A DNA stretch of 64,000 bases from Nageia nagi (lineage: Eukaryota; Plantae; Pinophyta), in the NCBI GenBank assembly GCA_050084985.1, contig JBITNC010000001.1:145824001-145888000 (forward strand). Reading direction: 5' to 3'. The position numbers and the translations under genes were made by a program. Below the pieces are notes generated by a model, which worked only from the letters and a program-made list of their open reading frames with translations, searched no databases and was not told where the DNA came from. Below are positions 22,601-36,420 of the stretch, in pieces; position 1 is the first letter of the stretch, and the number at the start of each line of letters is the position of its first letter.

Positions 22601-24431
22601 ATGTATAGGTCTCAAGATTAGTTACAATTATGTGTACTTCTCCTTAGAATTCAAATTTTAGTCTACCATGTACTGTAGAAGGGACAACTTCCATATCATA
22701 GATCCAAGGTCATCCTAAAAGCATGTTATAAGACAACTTAGAATTAACTACCTAAAACATGGCTAGAATAGTTCTAACTCTTGTGGTAATCATGATGGTA
22801 TCTATGCCTAGTGATTTCTTGGAAGAACTATTATAGGCTCTAATTTTGAAAGTAGCTTCTCCTAATAAGGGGATGGTTGCACCTTTTTCTTGTAATTAAG
22901 TCAAAAAATAGTTAGAACATACATTCATAGCTAAACCATTATCTACCATGGTCCTTTTGATTTCCCAATCATCTACCAAAGGGGTCATATATAAGGCTAA
23001 ACACTCATGTAGTAGTTCTTAGTTGAGTATTTCATATTTGTAAAAGGATATGGTGTCACTTTTCTTAATGGTTTGGAGCTTATCAAAAAATGTAGCCATT
23101 GAAATATTAGTATGAATGGTGTCATTCTTGAATAAATCATATAAAACATCCCTATGATCTTGAGAAGTAGAAATAATATCATACAAGCTAATCTTGGCTA
23201 GTGTATTTTTTAATTGATCAATCATATTGTAAACTTTAGGATCAAATGGGACACTTACTTGTTGGGTGGTGATAGGATTTGAAACATTGCAAGGATGTCC
23301 TCTTTGTAAGTTAGCATAAACCTCTTTGAGTACTATGACCACATTGAAAACATCTCCTTATTTAGTAAGGTATTCATTAACATTGTACCTTTCTTATTCT
23401 ATAAGGGCTATGATAGTTGTTTCCAATGTTTTGCAAAAGTTTGTAGCATGCCCTTTTCATTGGTGATAAGCACAATATGCCTTAAAGTGTCCTAAATAGA
23501 TATCATCATCAACTTTTTCAAGTGGTTGTAGGAGGCCTTTCTTCATTAAATTACTCAAAAGAATTCTTGGTTGAACTAAAAATGTGTATTCAATATCCTT
23601 TAATGAAGTAGATGTTTGTGTCTTTGGAGGAGTCTTGGGTCTATCTGCCATATTAACTAGTTTCTCCTCTCTCTTGGTATATATTTTCCTATTATATTTA
23701 AAAAAATTATTAGATGTATATTTAATCTCTCCTATAGATAATAAAACTTTTTCTTTTTGCACCAATTGTTGAACTAGAGTACTAAAACCAACATCCTTAG
23801 CACTAGAAGAATGTAATTGAAGTGGTTGAATAATAGAATCGTAAAATATACCATAAATCTCATACTAATATAGTTTAACTCAAGTAGTTTTCCATACCTT
23901 TTTAAAGTGTAATACATACTTCTCGATGGTTTCATTGCTTCCTTGATTAAGTACACATAATTCTGATATATTGCCTTATTCTTTAATATTATGCTTGTAT
24001 TGACCTATAAATGTTCAAAGTAAGGTTTTGAAGGAATCAATAGATTTACCAAGAAGAGAGTAAAAATAATAAGCAACATCACCTTTCAAATGGCTTGGGA
24101 ATAATTTAGCCATTAACCTCTCATCTAAACCCAATTTCAATAAGCACTCCTCCTAAAAGCTAATGAGATGCTATTAGGGATCTTATTTGCCACTAAACAT
24201 CTCCAACCTAGGGATCTTGTGATCAAGTGGTAGGGGAAAATTATAGATATCATCTATTAAGGATGAAATGAAAATTCCACCATATTCAATAGGATTGGAT
24301 GGTGGGGAGTTATTGGATGAACCTCCTAGATTATTTGAGTTAGAACATGGATTATTGTTTGTAGCAGTCTTTCTTTGTAATTCCATAATATTCATGTGCA
24401 AATTCTGAAGCGTGGCTACTAATTGATCCAT
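19610..24431 (-). pseudogene. Degenerate gag-pol of the Tat element
   Basis: gag PLPLDHKIPRLEMFSGK. Protease RTMVDNGLAMNVC (~22920-22960). RT YPKDNFPLLNID...LSFMDGFSSYN. RH LYISASLYAIG...YTPIEK. aRH TLYFDG...CTNN...YGDS. Integrase tail FKIGDLVL...NWLGPY. Confidence 0.9.
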
Positions 24432-24553
24432 CTTAATGTTGTTGACATCCTAAAGATATAAATATATGATGTTGGTAGCTTGATCCTATTAAGAAGGGCT
24501 ATCACAATATTGTCTCTAGGGAAAGATAAATTGAACATTTAGGTTCACCAAAA

Positions 24554-25183
24554 TGTAGATGCTAAATAATACAATTAATGCAAATGGGGTTGATTAATGC
24601 ACTATTTCTCTACTTTGTAAATGTTGACACATATATTAGAAATATGGTAATAAAATGTAACAAGAATGAAGTAATATTTACTTTGATTTTATATTCATTC
24701 CATTAGTCATAAAATGCATAAAATATAGAGCATATAGTCATGAACAAGCATGCTATCGATGCCCTAAAATTGGCATCCCATCGAAGCCATAAGGTGAATG
24801 AAATTACAAATGTGAACAAGAATGTAGCAATGAGCAAACTAGTGAATAATCAAATGATGAACTTACATGTGAACTTATTTATATAGATATATAAAGCAAG
24901 TTGCAATCCTTAAAAATGATCATCAATTAATAATCCTTATATTAGCTTGAAATGATTATTTTCCCATGATTCGCTCATGATTCTATAGGCCATTAAATGA
25001 TGCCTTTATATATTATACAAGTTTACATGAATTTGATATTTTTACCTCTTGTACATTCCATAAGGGTCAAATACATGGCCTACACCTTTTTTATACATCT
25101 TAAATTCCTTTTTTTAAATAATACATTATCAAGGGATTTGAGTGATTATTAAATACATAAAGGTTCATTTTGAGGCGTCTACA
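24554..25183 (-). repeat. 5' LTR of the Tat element
   Basis: tgtagatgc...gcgtctaca terminal inverted repeat; adjacent to the PBS. Confidence 0.9.
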
Positions 25184-25724
25184 CTAACTAAAGGTGAAGA
25201 TGTGATCTAGATAGGGTTTTCTTCCATAAGAAGGAGAAGTGCACTCTTAAAATTTACAATATCTTCAAGTTCAAATTCTCCATTTGAATCATCATGGAGA
25301 ACTCTTGTTTTACTTATAATGTCATTTGTAAAGATAATTTCTTCTATGAACCTATTCCTTGCAACTATGGGCCTTCAATCTTATTCTATTTTAGATATCT
25401 ACTTATTTCTTCTAGTAGTTTGATTGTTTATTTTCTTTATTGGGGAAATATACATTTCATAGTTTTCTTGGATAATTCATGGGATTGAATCTATTGTACT
25501 TCAGCTATTTCCCTTTCTAATGTCAAAGTGTCATTTAATTTTGTATTCTATAATCCATTGAATGAAAGTGTATCATCAATGTTGGATAGGATATCAGACT
25601 CTATAGGTAGCCAATTCTAATACCACCCCATCTTTCTGTGTCTTAATATTTTCTACAATATGAGAAGAAATAAGTTAGTATCACTTATTATCCACCATTT
25701 TACCCCAGTTCCTAATCAAATCTA

Positions 25725-25736
25725 GCTCTAATACCA
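25725..25736 (-). other. Primer binding site (tRNA-iMet type) of the outer element
   Basis: Reverse complement tggtattagagc (canonical TGGTATCAGAGC with one C>T), 1 nt from the LTR end. Confidence 0.88.
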
Positions 25737-25737
25737 A

Positions 25738-28700
25738 TGTAACATAACCAACCTAAACCCCAAAATTTAGGGCCGATTTTTTTTAAAATAATCCTTGAGA
25801 ATATACCATTACTCATTAATATTTTATCACACATGGATCATATTATTATATTTTCCATAATTTTTCTATATTTCATCCTCCTAAGGTAAGTACTAGGGCA
25901 TGCTCATCATGCAAGCCAATCTCGCTTGCAAGTGGTTTCCCATGATGATCATGTTTTAGTTTTATTTGAGTAAGGATTTTACTATTATGGTGACATAAGC
26001 TTTATATTCAAGGAAACCTTTCAATAAAGCCTACTAGATAAATTCAATATTAGGTTGGATTTCCCATCTAATATTTTTCCAATCTTGATTATGTTTGAAT
26101 CCTAGGTTTCATTAGGTACTATTAGGAATATTTCCCCTATTGGAAGTTTAGGTCTAAACTTGGGATTCTTATAAACCATAATTTAGGGTTGATTCATAGC
26201 ATTTAGACTCATCTAGTTATTTAATGATAACTCCATCAATAAATATATTGAAATCAAGATAATTTTATACCATATCATGTGAGAGGAATTAGTTTCTAGA
26301 TCATTAATGTATTCAAAGATAATATTATGGAATTAAAATTACTTAGTTTAGTGATGCAATTATTATTAAATACATTGAAATCATTTCCTTATTATCTAAA
26401 ATCCTAACACAAGAGAGATAGGTTTAGTGTTTCCTAGATTTATCCCTTCAAATATTTATTTATATTCTTATGAACTAGTAGATTAGTTTTGTATTGGAAA
26501 TGTAATAGTTTGATATTCTACTAAATATTGGGACCCATATATAAGAAATGGCTTAATTTTATTCCTAAGGATAAGTTAAAATAACTTTTTAAGAGTAAGA
26601 ATAAATATACATATTGATTATTTATGCTCCATCATCTCAAATATCTAGTGAATTCTTTCTAAAACATTTGATCTTACAACTCCTTACATGATCTACATCA
26701 TACATACATGTTATGGTATACCACTATATTTCAAAATATTATATGATCATAACTTGTTACAATATGTTAAATTACCCTCTTCCTATCCTCTATAATACAT
26801 TAAAATTACATGATACAACATAAGTACAATAACCTAAATACATCATTTGTATAAATCTACATTCACTAAGCTTCATGGTAAAGAGGGATCTTCATAATCA
26901 CTTGTGCTATCCTCCTTTCATGGATTTTTCAATGTTGAAAGAATGAGTGGTCATAGGTACTAATAAGGTTGTATAAGCATACAAGGATTAGGAAAGCTCT
27001 TATTTACCCACTATAAAATATGAAATGAAACCATCCAATAAAATTTATATTCTATATATGTGGTCTCAAGAAGCTTTTATGCCTTGTTGAATCCATGACC
27101 CTTCCTCGACCACATTCAATCAAGATTCAAATTGAGGTTTATCATGTGTGAGGAACTTTATCAATGATAGTTTCAAGATAAAAACCATATTCCATACTTA
27201 CAAATTCAAATAAAGGGCATTTTCCTAAACCAAGTAGTGTCAAATCTAACTATACCATATTCCATGCATCCTATTTAATTATCTCAATATATTTTATAAG
27301 GTATATAAAATAATTACTATATTTTGTAACTCCCTTACTTTTAGTATTAAAATGTAAATCAAATTTTCTTTAACTCCATTACAATATTTTGTATATCCTC
27401 TATCTTTATCATTAGGTCCCAATGTATTTAATTAATAACATTTCATAAATTACCTTACTTGGTTTAATTTTAATTATCATTTATTGTAAATTGAATTCCT
27501 TATTAATTTACTTTAAATTACTATAGACAACCATTATCTAGACTTGGATTTAAAATCTAAGTATACATTTGTGGGACTGGTACTTAGTGAGCTGACATAT
27601 GGGTTTATGAAGCATTCAACCAAAATATTATCCCAAGATGACTTATTATCCTAAACCCTTATCGATAATGCCATTATTACTAAGCAATTATACACCCATA
27701 AACTTATTATAATGCATACTATATAGAGGCATTCAAGGTATTCTTACAACTACATTAAAAGAGTATACATGGAGGAAGGAAATCATACCCTATTGAATGG
27801 TCCTCTAAGAGATTATGATTCTTCTAAAAGTGATTTAGGAACACATAAAAACAAAATATTTATTTTTGATGGAATCATTTCACTTTACCAATAAATAATG
27901 GTTTTGGTAAGGTTTCCAAAAATAAGTGAACAACACACTCCATTTGATGGCAAATTGTAATGAATGCAGGGGAAAATAGTAATGATTACAAGGGAGCACA
28001 TATAAGAAAAGAAAGAGAAATTTTATTATTATTAGTTCTTTTAAAAATGGCATATCTAAGAAACTAGATGCACAAGAAGCATAAAACTATGATTTGTGAA
28101 TATACAATTATAGGCACCTTACTTTAAGTGCAATATCCTAATAGGAATAATTGTAGAGAATGAACTAAGGAACAAGTAAAGTAAATACCTTTTCCAAATT
28201 TAGCAACCTTTGTGAACATTCTATGTAAGACCATATTTTATCAGGAGGCACATAAAATGACTTTTTGAAAAGGTTATGGAGGGGTTTCAATCAATGCAAG
28301 TATAAATCCAAACTCCCCAACATTGGCCAACACTCTTCCAGATATAAAAATGTATTTTTGAGAATCTATGAGACATTTTTCAAGTGTAAAACCAAACTTT
28401 ACATTATCTATGAGCATACCTCTAAATTACCATGAATACCATACAATGTGACCCCTTACTAGTATTATGTAGGTGCTACAATGGGACTTTCATAAGAAGG
28501 TATGGATGATACAATAGGTTGAGTGTAAAGGCAGCCCCTTCATCATTATTTTTATATGTGCCTCAATGGAAACCTAGATGAACAATGTAGTATTAAATTC
28601 TAGGACTTCTAAATTATGATAGAAATCTAAAAGGATGTTCAAAGATTTATCAAATTTATTATAAATTTATACTCTTTATCCTTTATCATTGTACCATTAG

Positions 28701-29686
28701 CATGTGTCATGGTGGTATTCTAGAAGAGAGAGCATGATCATATTTAGGAGTAGATGTAATGAATAGTATAACATCAAACTTTATGACCTTTTCTAACATA
28801 TTTACAACAATGTTACATTGATAAATCTTGAAAGGGATTATGAGTAGTATTTGAACTATAATAATTCAAAATAAATTTCCCCTAGTCCCTTTAATAACTT
28901 TTATAGAGGAAGGTGTAGATAATTGTTTTTTGTGAGGTAGGTCTCAATTAAAGTTGTTGATAGGTGTGATGACATGAAACATTTTGGAATATTTTATATT
29001 ATCTTACAAATTAATGTTAATTATTTCCCATATATAACATAAAGAAACAAAGCAATTAGGGATCATATCTTAATCATTGTTAATAACTACCAAAATACCT
29101 TGTAACATCCATAAAGTGATACTAGTCCTTTCTAACTAACACTTTTAGATTTCTCCTTATTGTACTAAAAATCATAATTAAAAATTTAAATTAAAAATAA
29201 TGGAATATTCTTTGCCCTTATGGAAATAAGTTTCAAAAATTCATAGCAAATTTTTAACACTCATTTTACCTATGTTGATCACTTCATCATGTATGGTAAA
29301 TTCATTATAGCACACACACATTTAAAAATTCATATATTCATTATCAAAATTGATAATCATGCTTAATAATTATACCATGCATCTATATGATCTATGAGGG
29401 GTCCTTATGAGTCCATTAGTAATTCAGTTCCAATCATTTACTCACTCTTATGAATTTGTTCCCTTAACCACTCATCTGGGCTTCTTGGGATTTCCATCTT
29501 GGTTCCTTTGTTATATTGACCTATTATTTGTATCACACAAAATCTCAAAGCTAGCAATAATTTATCGTATATATGGTATCTATCAAAGTATAATTCATTA
29601 TATCATGATCATATTTATATTCAAATTCTTTGAAAACATGCGAACCATCATAGATTCAAATTTGAGGGTGCAAATGGGTCATTACA
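25738..29686 (-). repeat. 5' LTR of the outer element
   Basis: tgtaacataaccaacc...gggtcattaca; matches 1224-5336. Confidence 0.92.
28636..28851 (+). pseudogene. PPR-like fragment replacing part of the LTR
   Basis: Absent from the sister LTR. Translates with frameshifts to SFIIVPLAC-HGGILEE and SITSNFMTFSNI, similar to PLS-class PPR motifs TF..VL.AC.H.G..EEG and G..PN..TF.SIL. Confidence 0.45.
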
Positions 29687-29691
29687 CCTTG

Positions 29692-32480
29692 AATCATTTC
29701 ATTCTAAATAAGTGTTAAGTAGTATGAATCACATGTTCATTGCACATATTCCCAAATCAAAAGATGCTCAAACCATCAATAAATTTAGACCAATTTCATT
29801 GTATAACTCAATCTATAAGATCATCTCTAAAGTGGCTACTAATAGATGATACATGCTCTTAAATAATATATTAAATATACATAAGACTTTTATAAATAAA
29901 ATATAACTCATGAATGTTTCCATCCTTATACATGAACTACTCCACTCTCTAATATCTTCACAAACAAAAGATTTCTCATAAAATTAGACATGAAAAAATC
30001 ATTCGAGAGAGTGACATAGTCCCTCCTATTCAAAATCATGAGGAAGTTTGGATTTATTTGTAAATACAACATTCTTTATTCTAATTAGTGATAGTATATA
30101 ATGCTATTTAAATACTACTTATGGAATACACCAAGGGGATCCTATCTTACCTTATTTACATTGTGGTATAAGAATGAACAAAGATGATTAAATCATGTTC
30201 AATCCATAGGTGTTTTCAAAGGGTTATAACTAAATCAATTTGTTCAACTAGTTAGTCACTAATAGTTTGCATCTAATAATCTCTTAAAAGTTTATCCATA
30301 TATACAATAAATTGAAATAATTAAGAACCTCCACAATACTTATATGGTAGTCTTAGATCAAGATGTTAACTTTGATAAATCAAAATGATATAGAATTAAC
30401 ATAGTGCCTTCTCTACTTCAACTTTTAGCCCAAAAGATAGGTATATCTATTGAATCCATTCTCATAATCTATTTGAATCTAAGCCTATTTATATTCGTTA
30501 GTATAGATCCTTTTTGGGATTCTCTTATTTAATGATGTGTGCAAGATGGTAAGCTAGAAAGGAAAATAGTTTTCCTTAGTAGGAAGACTCATAAAGATAA
30601 TGTCAGTATTGATCTCTCTCCTAATATTCTAGTTAGGAATATTTTGGATTCTTGAAAATTTTTAGCTATAACTAGAAATCCTAATGTGGAAGTTTTTATG
30701 GAATGACCTTTCTAAAGATAAGAGAATACATTTAAGGGATTTGAAAATAGTTTTCTTTTATTTATATTCTTGAGGATTTGAATTTAGAAATTTATGAAAT
30801 TTAAACATATCCATGTTAGGAAAGCTTATTTAGCATTATTTCAAAGAAATATTCCTTTATTGAAGCCAATATCTAAGATAAAAATATTTAGATAAGGCTT
30901 CACCTTTCACAATTATCATGGTTGTATACTTGCCTATTAGCTCCATGTTTTGGAATAGTTTAATAAAATTAAGATTCCATATCATGTATCTTCTTAAATG
31001 GGGTGTAGGAATAGGGAATAACATCAATTTTTAAGATGATACATGGTTAACTTAAACCCCATTGCATAAGAGTGATCAATTGAAACATATTCATCACTTT
31101 CTTAGTTCTTTATGAGAAAAACATGTATTTGGCTATATTGAAAAAATAGAACTTGAAGGAAACACTTTTTTTAAATGATAGGAGCTAAGTATGTTCCTTA
31201 TAATATATAGTGTTAAAATTAAAGCACTATACTCCATACTTCTTCTTAACAAACTTAAGCCTAATGTAAAAGACATAATTACCTAGGATTCCTAAATAAA
31301 TGGAAACTACTCTATTTGATCTCCAGATTATAAGATGCTTGGTATACATATTCTATCATAATGTTCCCCTATAGTATGGTATGAAGGTTATAGGTCCAAG
31401 GAATGGTATAAAGCTAAATTTTAGTTTTAGTTCCATTCATAATCAATTTCTTTCTTGGAAGCCTAGATTTAAGATCAAAATATTTAGATGAGGCCTCACC
31501 TTTTAAGATTTTTATAGCTATAGACTTGGCTATTAGCTCCAATTTTTGGAATAGTTTAAGAAAATCATGATCCCATATCATGTATATTCTCAAATAGAAA
31601 GTAGGAATAGGTATACACATCCATTTTTGGGATGATACTTGGATAACGTCATCCCCACTAGGTAAGATTGATCAATTCAAAAATATTCATCACTTTTTTA
31701 GTTCTTTATGGGGAGAATATGTATCTAACTATATTAAAAAAATATAAGTTGAAGGAAAGAAACATTTTAAATGTAGGGAAATAAATATATTCCTTATAGC
31801 ATATAAAATTGATATTCAAGATCTAGAGTTAATGCTTCTTCTGTACAAACTTATGCTTGATACAAAAGATATAATTACCTAGGCTCCCTTATTGAATATA
31901 GACTACATTATTTAGTCTGCAAATAATATGCTTAGTTTACATATTTTATTTGAAATGTTAAAAAATTTTAAATTCAAAGGTGTGGTATAAAGCTAAATTC
32001 TTTCTATGGAATGCCATTCATAATAAATTTCTTTCTAGGGAGAAATCATTTACAAGGGGTTTATTTAAAAAATAAAGTTGTATCTTGTGCAATGATGCAA
32101 AGGAGACTAAATATTCCTTAGGTATTATTATAATACCATCTTTCTCTACAATATATCTAAATTCACTTCATAAATATCTTCTCATTTACTTGGTATATTC
32201 CCTGAAATATTGATCTACTACTACAATCTTGGTGCTACTTGACCATTTATAAAATCTCACTAGTAATATGATCCTTTACCCCTATAATGATTTATTCATA
32301 TTTGTGGATTAAGTGACATAATATAATATTAAGAAATTAATGCAACCATATTTATGTTTTATGGGATAAACTTGATGTTTTTTTGAACAATATATAGGCA
32401 AATTACTCTTCTCTATATCCAAAACTTGTCTTGAGCTTTCAAATCTCCTTTCATGGAAGCTGCTAATCAATGTATGAAAA
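29692..32480 (+). mobile_element. L1-type LINE ORF2, 3' part (RT and zf-RVT), degenerate
   Basis: IPKSKD...FRPISLYNSIYKIISKVATNR (~29747-29845); QGDP (~30132); KAKFFLWNAIHNK...CILCNDAKET (~31989-32108). The 3' end is approximate. Confidence 0.88.
30862..32040 (+). repeat. ~590-bp tandem duplication within LINE ORF2
   Basis: aaaatatttagat.aggc.tcacc at ~30882 and ~31478; ggtataaagctaaatt at ~31405 and ~31984. Confidence 0.85.
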
Positions 32481-34104
32481 TTAAAACCTAAAAATAAACT
32501 AATATATTTTGGAATATTTATTTACTATAATGCAATAATCCTTAACATATTTTTGAATGATCACTTAGAATTCTTATAATATGCCAAGATTCTTGGTCCT
32601 TAGCTATGTAACTTCAAATTCATGAATCATTACTTAGAATCCTTATAATATAAAGTTAAATAAAAGACTATATGTTATTTTAAAACATTTATATTTTGTG
32701 AATAAAGGAGGTTAATATATGTAATCATAAAAAAATATTGTATAAATTTATAATATAATGGAATAATCAAATATTGAATATGTGGATAAGACTAAACACC
32801 ATATACTCAATGATGGGGTTGATGTCTTGTATAGATATAATAAATCCCAAGAATAAAGAACTAAAAAAATTATTAAAATAAAACTCAACACTAATAATAT
32901 TAATAGAGACTAAGGTCTCCAAATAAGTAGGGCTTTGTTACCTATTATAGATTTAATTCATTAACATAGGAATAAAAATAATAATACATAAAAATCACCA
33001 TAAATTTTGTATGTTAACTTAATATTTTATGTTATATACACTATTTAAAAATTACTTTTGTATACAATCTAACCATATAAATTTATTTCATATTTTATAA
33101 TGATAGAGGAATGATGTTGATTTTATGAAATTGGGTAATATTCATCTATAATTGAGGAAGAAGGTTACATCTTATTTCCTTCATTCTATAATTCTAAAGA
33201 TGGATAATAGAAATTGGACTCGAGATGTTAATAATATAAATTCATATGCAATCAAGCTAAAACTACAAATGAAAATAGACTAAGATTTTTAAAAGGACTA
33301 ATCATATAGTGTTTAGATTTCTACTTCCTTGGAATAATGTGTTAAAAATTCATTTATGTATGTTTGTTTCTATATTTTTTGTTGATTATAATTTTTTTTT
33401 TTAATTTAGGATTTGATCATGCCATAGAAATTATCCTTAAATTAATAAATATTACTTAATCATATACCTAATTTGGGATTACTCTATCATGTAGTATTCT
33501 TATTTTAAGATTAAATATTTAAGTCAAATAAAATATAAGAAAGAATCAAGAAACTAATATCAATACCAAGATCAAGTCAAACAAAAAATAATTAAAAAAT
33601 ATAATCTCCCAATTTTATGCTTTTGCCTCTTACTTTTTATAAATCTAACTAACACATCATTATAATTATCATAGTATAATATTATTAAGTTAATTTTGAC
33701 ATAATTTATTTTTTTGCATCTAAATTTTGTACAATGTTTTATGTTTGAAGTGCTATTTATGATCTATATATTCACCATTTTTGTGAAAAAAACTTATTTA
33801 ATAATTTTGTTATTGTAGGAGTATTACCAAGTAAAAATTTCATTTCAAAATGCTAAAAAATATTACGGAGGAGAAAAAATTGTAGTTTCATTCACATCTA
33901 CCTTTTAATGAAATGAAAAAAATTGAGACAAAGAATCAACTTAGAAAGATATTAAAACCTAAATAAGAATATTATATGTGGTAAAAGGTATAAAAATGAG
34001 AGGTATACCTTTAGCTTAATATATCAAAAAGAAGGAAATAAATGGAGAGCTTGCATACTAAAAATAATTCACTTTAGACAAACCCTCAAGAAGGAAGAAA
34101 TATA

Positions 34105-34610
34105 AATGATCCTATGGAATATATGGGGATTAAATATCCTTAATAAAAGAAGATTAAGTTTATTATTCATAAATAAAAACCAAACAACATTTTAAACATA
34201 AAATACTAAAATATGCATGGAATTATTTTTAGTATTCATTAGTAAAAATTATGTAAAAAATGGAGTAAACATGGAAGCCCAAGAAACATTAGGAGGAATA
34301 CTAATATCTTGGGTAATATATAATTCAAAATGTAAATAGGTATGAAAATAAAAAACCCAAGTAATCATTCATTTTTTTGATCAAGATTATGAGCATTTTA
34401 AATAATAATTATGTACATAACTAATCCTTTTAGAATAATAAAGGAACATTTGGTAATTTCTAACTCAAGTAAATCAACCAATGGAAAAAGAAAATTGGAT
34501 AGCTAGTGATGATTTCAATACTTTGTAATCATTATAGATAAGAAACAAGAAAATATTAAATTCAAAGGCATTGTGATTGATATAGTATATGCATATTTGA
34601 TATGATCAAA
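34105..34610 (+). mobile_element. LINE endonuclease N-terminal fragment
   Basis: MILWNIWGLNILNKRR (WN.RGLN motif), GGILISW and WIASDDFN (W...GDFN motif). Confidence 0.7.
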
Positions 34611-34837
34611 GAAAAAAATAGGAGATTAGTCTATACAAGATATGCTAGATGGAATGTTAAGGAGCTAATAATAGTTCTCTAATACAAATAATATTAATTT
34701 TACTACACTTCCTAGGATTAAGTCTTATATCAATAGTCTTTTTTTATTAATCTTAGTGAAATATTTAACCCATATGAAATTAAAATTAAAATTCTAAATG
34801 ATGTGGCTAGAGCATAAGGAGACCAAGGCAAGAATTG

Positions 34838-36420
34838 AATAAGGTCATAATAAAAAATAAGTATCCCTTTCCAATAATTGATGACTTATTTAATCAATTA
34901 AAATGAGCCTCTATTTTATTAAAAATTGATTTGAGTTTAAGTTATCATTAACTAAGGATTGAATAAAAAGACACTCATAAGATTGTAATCTAAACTAGAT
35001 ACAAAAACTATAAATTCATTGTACTTATTTTTAGGTTAACCAATTCCCCTACAGTATTTATGAGATTGATGAATAGTGTGTATAAAAATTACCTTGATAA
35101 GTTCATTTTCGTATTTTATGATGATATTAAAATATAGTCTAAGATATATGAAGAACATGATCAACACCTATGATAGCCCTAGAGATGTTAAGAGAAAAGA
35201 AATCTTATAAGAAATTATCAAAAGATGAATTATGTACTTCAAAGGTACATTATTTAGGGCATATCATCTCTCATAATGAGGAAGCCATTGATGCCAAGAA
35301 AATTGAAGCCATTAAGGATTATACAAGACCAACAAATGTTCATAAAATTAGGAGCTTTATGCATTTGGTAGATTATTATAGAAGGTTTGTGCAAAACATT
35401 TAAAAAATTACTTACCAAATCATATAAATTCAGTAAAAATAGAAGGCATTCTATTATATTTATAAGTATGAGGAAGCCTTTGAACTCCTCAAGAAAAACC
35501 TAACTATAATAGTTATCTTAGAATTACCTAATATTGATGGTAGTTTCCTTATTTGCACCAACACTTTGTTGAAATACCTTAGAGGTATGCTAATGTAAGA
35601 GAAGTCTATGATTACGTATAAATATAATAAATTAAAGGATCATGAATGCAACTATGAAATGCATGACTTGGAACTTGCTACAATTATACATTCCCTTAAG
35701 ATGTGATAACATTACCTGTTAGGTAGACCTTTTCAATTTTATTATGATCATCAAAGTTTGTAGTATATACTTACTTAACAAAATGTAAATGCTAAGTAGC
35801 GAAGATGGATGGAGTTCATAACTATGTATGGATTCAAAATTAAGTACATAAAAGGGAAGGAAAATAAGGTAACCAATCCATTAAGTATAAGAAAATATTT
35901 AACTACATTCTCTTATTCCCTTAATAACATCTTAGAAAGGATTGAAAACTTTTATAGTCATGATAAACATTTCCTAGATTAGAGAAGAAAGAATAATATG
36001 AATCCCAAAAATAAATTATTTATTTATAATCATATACTTTTACTCTTTCAAAATAGAGTACTTATATCAGAAGATGTAAGCATTATGAATATGGTGATGT
36101 ACCAGGTACATCATCAAAATTATTCCATTAACCCCAAGAATATCAAAATGAGGGAACACCTCAAACAATACTACTACTATTTGATAAAGAAAAAGGATGT
36201 CACAAATACATTGTCAAATTTTTAGAATATTACAACGTGAAGGGTACACATATGCATCTTATTGGATAACATTATTTGAATGATATACCTAGCCAAAAGT
36301 GGTATATTATCAATATGTATTTTATCATTAGGCTATAAATAACTAGATACCATCACAATGCTATATTCATAGTCATTGATAAACTTATGAAAATGGTTTT
36401 TATTATGCCTTGAAATACAA
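34838..36420 (+). mobile_element. Ty3/gypsy chromovirus (Tekay-like) RT-RH-integrase N-terminal fragment
   Basis: NKVIIKNKYPFPIIDDLF, VHYLGHIIS, HECNYEMHDLELATI, IKYIKGKENKV and integrase-like FIVIDKLMKMV. No LTRs seen. Confidence 0.88.

Larger units (their letters stand above)
17590..25183 (-). mobile_element. Ty3/gypsy LTR retrotransposon, Tat/Ogre-type (additional RNase H), internally deleted
   Basis: LTRs at 24554-25183 and ~17769-18384 (left end disrupted). PBS-like tggtgaacct (24541-24550, minus). PPT-like taaagaggggcaaa (18385-18398, minus). Domain order gag-PR-RT-RH-aRH-INT tail. Confidence 0.88.
1224..29686 (-). mobile_element. Large LTR retrotransposon, apparently non-autonomous (gag-like remnants only), with two nested insertions
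   Basis: Two ~4 kb direct repeats with TG...CA ends. TSD cctag (1219-1223) / ccttg (29687-29691). PBS next to the right LTR and PPT next to the left LTR, both on the minus strand. LINE ORF2 resumes after 29691. Confidence 0.9.
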
